DNA from: an uncultured delta proteobacterium | GTDB lineage: Bacteria > Desulfobacterota > Binatia > UBA9968 | DNA: 64,000 nucleotides | Direction: 5' to 3' | NCBI GenBank assembly: GCA_963755715.1 | Contig: CAVWLW010000026.1 | Location: 64,001 to 128,000, forward strand | In this document: piece by piece, positions 58,779 to 64,000 of the stretch | Layout of the letters: the number at the start of each line of letters is the position of its first letter | Numbering within the stretch: position 1 is the first letter of the stretch | The notes under the pieces: generated by a model | Seen by the model: the letters and a program-made list of their open reading frames with translations, nothing else | The model's database searches: none | What the model was told of the DNA's origin: nothing | Translations under genes and position numbers: made by a program

Positions 58779-59045
58779 ATGGAAAATCAAAAATGTCCCG
58801 TGCTCGTCGGTAGCAAAGCATGCGGCCTCGCACTCAGCCTGGTCGCGCGCGAAATTGAAAGCGCAACCGAAGTCTATGAATGTCCGCTCGGCCATCGCAC
58901 GGAGGTCCCATTCGGCGAACTCGAGAAAAGAAAATGCTCCGTTCTAGCGAATGGCAAGGAATGTGGGCTTGCGCTCAGTGTGGTCGAGCGGGAACTCGAA
59001 ACCGGCACGGAAATTTACGAGTGCCCACTCGGCCATCGCACCTAG
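58779..59045 (+). CDS. Small protein of two tandem C-x8-C-x19-C-x3-H zinc-ribbon-like repeats
   Basis: KCPVLVGSKACGLALSLVAREIESATEVYECPLGHRT / KCSVLANGKECGLALSVVERELETGTEIYECPLGHRT; RBS-like GGGGA. Confidence 0.78.
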   Translation: MENQKCPVLVGSKACGLALSLVAREIESATEVYECPLGHRTEVPFGELEKRKCSVLANGKECGLALSVVERELETGTEIYECPLGHRT

Positions 59046-59333
59046 GTGCCGCTCGAAACGGAAGCGCCAGACAATTCGTCTTGATCCAGTCACCGACTGA
59101 CATCGTGCGCGCACGGTGGAAACAAATTTCAATAAGCAAGCCCGCAGCAAGCCGAGGGGTATCAAGTGCCGCTCACAGATTCCGCCGAGAGCACAGCCGA
59201 GAAATGGCGTCTCCGAATAATCCATCGACTGCGCCAGAGCCGGCTGTTCCTTTCGAGGTGGTCGCCGTAGATTATTGTCACCAAGGGAGCCTAGTTGTTT
59301 TCCTACATGTTTCAACAATCAAACACCACGCCT

Positions 59334-59969
59334 TCAACCGTTATTGCCCAAATCCCATCGCTCCTTTTCCAAATCGGTGCGAGTGAAGTGGACAAGGATC
59401 AACACAGTGAAATCATCATGATTGGATTTACCGATGGCTGGAGCGCTCTCGCCGACGAAATCTCCGGTTTCGGCGTCGGTCGCAAAAATTTTAATCTCTG
59501 CATGACCGCTGTGCTTCACGTCCCTAAACACTGCGATTTCGGGAAAAGCGAAACCTAAAAGCGGCACCGTGAAAGCAGGAGTACCGATAAAGGACTGTCC
59601 TTGGTCCACCGCGAGAACCGATGCAAACACTTGCAAATGCAATTGCGCTTGCGTCGGATTCGCGGCGATCCGTACCCGCTGGCTTTGTAGCCAAGCGGTG
59701 AAAAACGACCTGGCGAAATCTTTGTCGGGCGTGAGACCAGAGAATTCCACGGCAACGGTTTTCTCCTTGAACTGTTGAGTATCAATCGCAGCGACCGCCC
59801 GTTCCAAGGCGCGGACGAGCAACTGCTGCTCGATGGCGGAGCGCGGTGTGTTCGTGATTTGAGCCGATACGGCGCATCCGGCAATCAAAAAGATGCAAAG
59901 GCACCGAGACAAATTCTTAAAAATCGTGATCAAGATCGCCGTCCTCCAATCGCCATGAAGATTTTTCAA
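59334..59969 (-). CDS. Putative lipoprotein of unknown function
   Basis: Lipobox 'IAGC'; 'TNTPRSAIEQQLLVRALERAV'. Confidence 0.72.
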   Translation of the reverse strand: MKNLHGDWRTAILITIFKNLSRCLCIFLIAGCAVSAQITNTPRSAIEQQLLVRALERAVAAIDTQQFKEKTVAVEFSGLTPDKDFARSFFTAWLQSQRVRIAANPTQAQLHLQVFASVLAVDQGQSFIGTPAFTVPLLGFAFPEIAVFRDVKHSGHAEIKIFATDAETGDFVGESAPAIGKSNHDDFTVLILVHFTRTDLEKERWDLGNNG

Positions 59970-60228
59970 AGTCTAACGCGGGTGAAATCTATCTCAAGGC
60001 CCTTTTGCAATTGTCGATTGGCGCTGATCTCAGCCGCGCCCCCGCGATAACAATGCGCCCAATGTCGGATCGTAGATTGGCGCGTGATAAACACCCGCGG
60101 CAACAAAATTTGACGATAACGATTAGGGTCGATCTCTAGCGAGTTCACGCTGCCGAATCGTCTTCGATGCGAGTCGGGCCTTGAGCGATGCTGCCTAACG
60201 CGATTCAGTTGTTGAACGGCGAAGGCGC

Positions 60229-60873
60229 TCAGGATAGCGGCCGGGTACCGGCGCTTTCGTCGGCCTCCGCGGTGACTTGGTCGAGCGCAGCAGCGATTTT
60301 CGCGAGAGCCGTTTCGTCCGACATATCGTACGGCACGGCGAACGGTTCGCCGTAGGCGACCACGTTTCGGGAAAAAGGTTTTGGCACAAGGTGACGGTCC
60401 CAGGAGGCGAGAAACAACGGCCATGAGCTCGAAAAGCTAATCGGCAAAATCCATGCGTGAGTGATTCGCGCCAGCCGCACGACCCCGGCTTGCACCACTC
60501 GCGCTGGCCCGCGCGGGCCGTCTACGGTAAGAGCAACATTATGTCCCGAGCGGACATGACGCACCATACGGCGCAGCGCTTCGCTTCCACCGCGCGTCGT
60601 CGAGCCGCGCGTCACGAGGTAACCATTGCCTTCGAGCCACCGTGCAATAATATTGCCGTCTTCAGATTGGGAAGCCATGGTGACAATGCTTTCATTCCGA
60701 TGCGCGTCTATCGGAAGAAACATGCGACCATGCCACAGGGCAAAAAGAATCGGCACGCGACGGGCCTTGAGATCCGCATAGTAACGGTCGTTTAACTGCT
60801 CGACGCGCAAAGTTGCGCGCAAAAGCGCGATACCAAATCCCATTAATTGAGTGATCAGCGTCAAACGATTCAC
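60229..60873 (-). CDS. Lysophospholipid acyltransferase-like (DUF374) protein
   Basis: 'ALWHGR', 'SQSEDG', 'RGSTTRGG', 'TVDGPRGP', 'SWDR..VPKPF'. Confidence 0.85.
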   Translation of the reverse strand: MNRLTLITQLMGFGIALLRATLRVEQLNDRYYADLKARRVPILFALWHGRMFLPIDAHRNESIVTMASQSEDGNIIARWLEGNGYLVTRGSTTRGGSEALRRMVRHVRSGHNVALTVDGPRGPARVVQAGVVRLARITHAWILPISFSSSWPLFLASWDRHLVPKPFSRNVVAYGEPFAVPYDMSDETALAKIAAALDQVTAEADESAGTRPLS

Positions 60874-61028
60874 ATCAAGATCCGTAGCGACTAAGTTTCG
60901 GAACTGCTTCTGCCTTTTTTGTAGTACAACAAAACCTCACCGCACCAGCCGTTCAATGGCTCTTGAGTTTGACGTTTCAGCGCGAGAAAGGTTTCAGAGG
61001 CTTCGGATTGCATTCAAACCACTTGTCT

Positions 61029-62243
61029 TTATTCCATGCTTTGCGCCTTGCGCACGCTGGCGATAAGGGAGGTGCGAAGCAAGAACTCTTTCTGCCTGGC
61101 GGGCTCATCCGCAATGGCTCGCAATTCATCGAAACGCGCTTGGCGCGCCTTGGGATCGCGCTCTTCGAGGCGTTTTTTGTTGTTGATCGTTTGCTCTTGC
61201 ACGAACTCGATATTGAGCGTGCGGCGTCTGCGCGTGTAGCGGTCGAGCAGATCGTCGCCGGCTTGCTTGGTAATCACCTGATGCAAGCTATGGGCCAATT
61301 CTATGGCGTCATGAATGCCGCCGTTTAATCCCAAACCACCAACGGAATTATTCACGTGCGCCGAATCGCCGGCGAGAAAAACACGGCCCTTGCGAAATGT
61401 GGCGGCGACGCGCTGGTGCACGTTGTAAAGATTACGATGCACGACGTTATAGCGCCGACCCAGGGGAAATACCCGCTGCAAGCGCGAATAGGTCGATTCA
61501 TCGCCCAATGCTTCTTCGTCGCTCTCTTCCACCCGGGTCGGAAACACCGCGCGCCACCGGCCTTTGCCGTCGTCGCCCGCGACTTTGAAAAGATTGGTCC
61601 ACTCATCCGGATCGGCCAGATAATTCCGATAGCAGCAGCCGGTTAAAAGTTCTTGGAAATCATCGAGCGTGCTCAGCACGAGAAAGCGCTCCGGCCAAGT
61701 AAAGCCTTCGAATTCGATATCGAGGGCTTTGCGGATCGTGCTGCGCCCGCCGTCGGCGCCGATCACGTAATCGCCGCGAAAAGTCTCGCTGCCGTTTGGC
61801 CCTTCTGCGGTAACCGTCGCGCTATCGGCATCTTGGCTGACACCGGTGGCGCGGGTGGCGAAGCGCACATCGGCATCGGCAAAGGTTTTCAGCCGTTCTA
61901 TGCCCATACGGGCAAGCTTGTGCTGCTCCGTCTGAACGACGAATGGATAAGGCGTCTCGTCGCGCAGTACGTCGTGATCGAACTCGACGATCTTGGCGCG
62001 CGCCGGCTTGTCCCAAAACTGAAAGTAGCGCGCCACTAAGCCCTCTTGGATGAATGGCTCGATGAGACCAACTCGCGCGATCATTTCGAGCGTCGAAGGA
62101 TGAGTGGTCGCCGCACGCGGACTATCATCGATCTTGCCTTCAGCCTCGAGCAGCGTTATCGCATAACCCTGTTGCGCGCACGCCAGAGCCGCGACGACGC
62201 CGACGGGACCTCCGCCGGCGATGATGATGCGAATTTTTTTCAT
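61029..62243 (-). CDS. FAD-dependent monooxygenase (MhpA/UbiH-like)
   Basis: 'GGGPVG', 'GADGGRSTIRK', 'GRVFLAGDSAHVNNSVGGLGLNGGIHDA'. Confidence 0.92.
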   Translation of the reverse strand: MKKIRIIIAGGGPVGVVAALACAQQGYAITLLEAEGKIDDSPRAATTHPSTLEMIARVGLIEPFIQEGLVARYFQFWDKPARAKIVEFDHDVLRDETPYPFVVQTEQHKLARMGIERLKTFADADVRFATRATGVSQDADSATVTAEGPNGSETFRGDYVIGADGGRSTIRKALDIEFEGFTWPERFLVLSTLDDFQELLTGCCYRNYLADPDEWTNLFKVAGDDGKGRWRAVFPTRVEESDEEALGDESTYSRLQRVFPLGRRYNVVHRNLYNVHQRVAATFRKGRVFLAGDSAHVNNSVGGLGLNGGIHDAIELAHSLHQVITKQAGDDLLDRYTRRRRTLNIEFVQEQTINNKKRLEERDPKARQARFDELRAIADEPARQKEFLLRTSLIASVRKAQSME

Positions 62244-62261
62244 TTAAAAGCTGTCGACAAG

Positions 62262-62778
62262 CTAGCGATAGGTTGCTGCGAGCTCCTTGAAGAAGCCCGG
62301 ATTTTTCAAGCTCAGCGACGATACTCAGGTCCATGAATTCTTCCGGCTTGTGCTTCAGGACTTCGGGCCGTTGCTGCGCGACATACTCGTAAGTTGCGTC
62401 GTGTCCTTGCACGATGGGGCGAGGCAAGGAGAGAAAATCTTCTTTATAAATGTTGTACGCTTCTTCCAGCAGCTCACGATCATTCATTCTCAGATATCGG
62501 CTCAGGACCTTTAAACTGAACTCCTTGTTGGCCTTTAAAAAATAAATTGCCTCGGTATAAGGAGCGCTTGGACCCGCTCGGGAATGTTGCCCAAGGCTAA
62601 TAGGATCACGTCTTTGATCGGATCAAGTCCGTACTTCTTCAAGGTAGAACGCGTGAGAAAATCACGCCGACGAGATCGGCGATGGACATATCGTTAAAGA
62701 CAATTTAGAGTTCTTGGCATACTTGCCGTCGCCGTCAATAATGCGGCGGCTCGTTTTGTGGCTGGTTGTGTTTCCCAT
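62262..62778 (-). pseudogene. Chimeric remnant: amidohydrolase-like 5' end joined to internally deleted SBP fragments
   Basis: RBS GGAGG, MGNTTSHKTSRRIIDGDG; then 'DFLTRSTLKKYGLDPIKDV..LALGNIPERVQAL' directly abutting 'YTEAIY...SRYLRMNDRELLEEAY...AELEKSG'. Confidence 0.65.
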
Positions 62779-62921
62779 CGACCCCTATCCTCCCAACGTT
62801 TGGTGCGCATGATCGCATGAGTTTCTCGGAGTATCAACAAATTGATGTGCCGACGGCTAAGCGCCGCGAATCAGCAACACCCGCTTGAAAGATAGTACGA
62901 CCTCAGCCTATGCTCGCGGAC

Positions 62922-63935
62922 ATGGCGAGCGGAAAAACTACTTTCGGTCTCACGTTATCCAATCGAGCGCTGATTACACGCGGGACGCCGCCGAGCGAAC
63001 TCATCGACATGGCCGTCAAAGCGGAGAGCACCGGCGCAATCGACGCGATTTGGGTCGGCGACAGCATCTTGAGCAAGCCTCGGCTGGAATGCATCCCGCT
63101 GCTGGGCGCGATCGCAGCGCGCACTTCGCGAGTGAAACTCGGCGTGGCGTGTATGGCCACCATCGCGCAGCGCAACCCCGTGCTCCTCGCCTTGCAGTGG
63201 GCGAGTTTGGACGCGTTATCAAACGGTCGCACCTGGCTGGCGGCGTGCATGGGTTATCCGGCGAGCCAGCATCCGATGGCGGCTAAAGAACTTGAAGTGA
63301 TGGGCGTCGCGAGCAAGGAGCGGCCCAAAAGATTGGAAGAGATGATCGAGGCTGTGCGGCTCCTTTGGTCTGACGAACATGCGAGCTTTCACGGCAAGTA
63401 CTATTCATTCGATGACGTGAATCTCTTGCCCAAGCCCGCGCAACGGCCGTGTCCGATCTACATTGCCGGTACGCCGCGACCGGCTCAGATCGGCGAGCGC
63501 GGCGTGGAGCGCTCGCTGCGGCGCATCGCTCGCTACGCCGATGGTTGGATGAGCAATCAGATCGAGCTCGCTATGTTTAAAGATTATCAAGGTCGGCTGC
63601 GGGAAATGGTCACTGAAGAGGGTCGGGATCCAAACGCGTTTAAGACTGTCCTATACTACGGCGTTTCGGTAAACCGCGATCGAGAGCAAGCGTTTCGCGA
63701 AGCAAAGGCTTTTCTCGATGCCTATTACCAAAAAGACTTCACACGAGAAGGCGTGGAAATCTGGACCGCCTGCGGCCCCGTCGAACATTGCGTCGACTGC
63801 CTGCGTGGATTTATCGACGCCGGGGTCGACCACGTCGCTATTCGCCCGATCGGCGCCGATTTGAATCAGCAATTCGTCATTTTCTTGGAAAAACTTATTC
63901 CCGCGCTGCAGGCGGTAACCGACAAGGCCGCTTAG
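62922..63935 (+). CDS. LLM-class flavin/F420-dependent oxidoreductase
   Basis: 'IWVGDSILSKPRLE', 'AARTSRVKLG', 'WASLDALSNGR', 'RIARYADGW'. Confidence 0.9.
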   Translation: MASGKTTFGLTLSNRALITRGTPPSELIDMAVKAESTGAIDAIWVGDSILSKPRLECIPLLGAIAARTSRVKLGVACMATIAQRNPVLLALQWASLDALSNGRTWLAACMGYPASQHPMAAKELEVMGVASKERPKRLEEMIEAVRLLWSDEHASFHGKYYSFDDVNLLPKPAQRPCPIYIAGTPRPAQIGERGVERSLRRIARYADGWMSNQIELAMFKDYQGRLREMVTEEGRDPNAFKTVLYYGVSVNRDREQAFREAKAFLDAYYQKDFTREGVEIWTACGPVEHCVDCLRGFIDAGVDHVAIRPIGADLNQQFVIFLEKLIPALQAVTDKAA

Positions 63936-64000
63936 CTCCTAGAACCTCTCGGCAGGGAGACGGCATCTACAACCGATCGATGAAACCGCTTTTGTCGAGC

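Noticed and set aside
59043-59045. Pyrrolysine decoding of the TAG in the zinc-ribbon protein
   Set aside because: No pyl genes or methyltransferase context in the window; a point change or base error is simpler.
59135-59165. Short imperfect palindrome resembling an IS200/IS605-type end
   Set aside because: Single, degenerate and without an associated transposase; too weak to call.

Overview
GC-rich bacterial chromosomal segment dominated by uptake and catabolism of small organic molecules. It has about 16 substrate-binding-protein (SBP) genes but only two permease/ATPase sets, five amidohydrolases, three LLM/F420-type oxidoreductases, two double-domain VOC proteins, two GSTs plus a GFA protein, tcuAB, a hydantoinase/oxoprolinase A+B pair with a UbiD decarboxylase, a ThDP enzyme, a hicAB pair and a threonine synthase. 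This gene mix resembles Candidatus Binatia-type genomes (inference only). Many genes carry 1-bp frameshifts, often in homopolymers, which most likely reflects unpolished long-read sequence and not real pseudogenes. Signals the ORF track misses: (1) a stand-alone PrdB/GrdB-like selenoprotein, split by an in-frame UGA in a U-x-x-C motif and followed by a SECIS-like hairpin (34569-35450); (2) an integrase-less integron remnant: Pc-like promoter, GTTAGGC core site, one ModA-like gene cassette and an attC site (26154-27242); (3) hicA broken by an 8-bp tandem duplication; (4) a duplicated SBP 3' end bracketing an ABC operon; (5) a small membrane-anchored collagen-like protein with a sigma54/IHF-type promoter; (6) many unrelated REP/MITE and short-period inverted-repeat families. 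I saw no rRNA, tRNA, CRISPR array, transposase or integrase.
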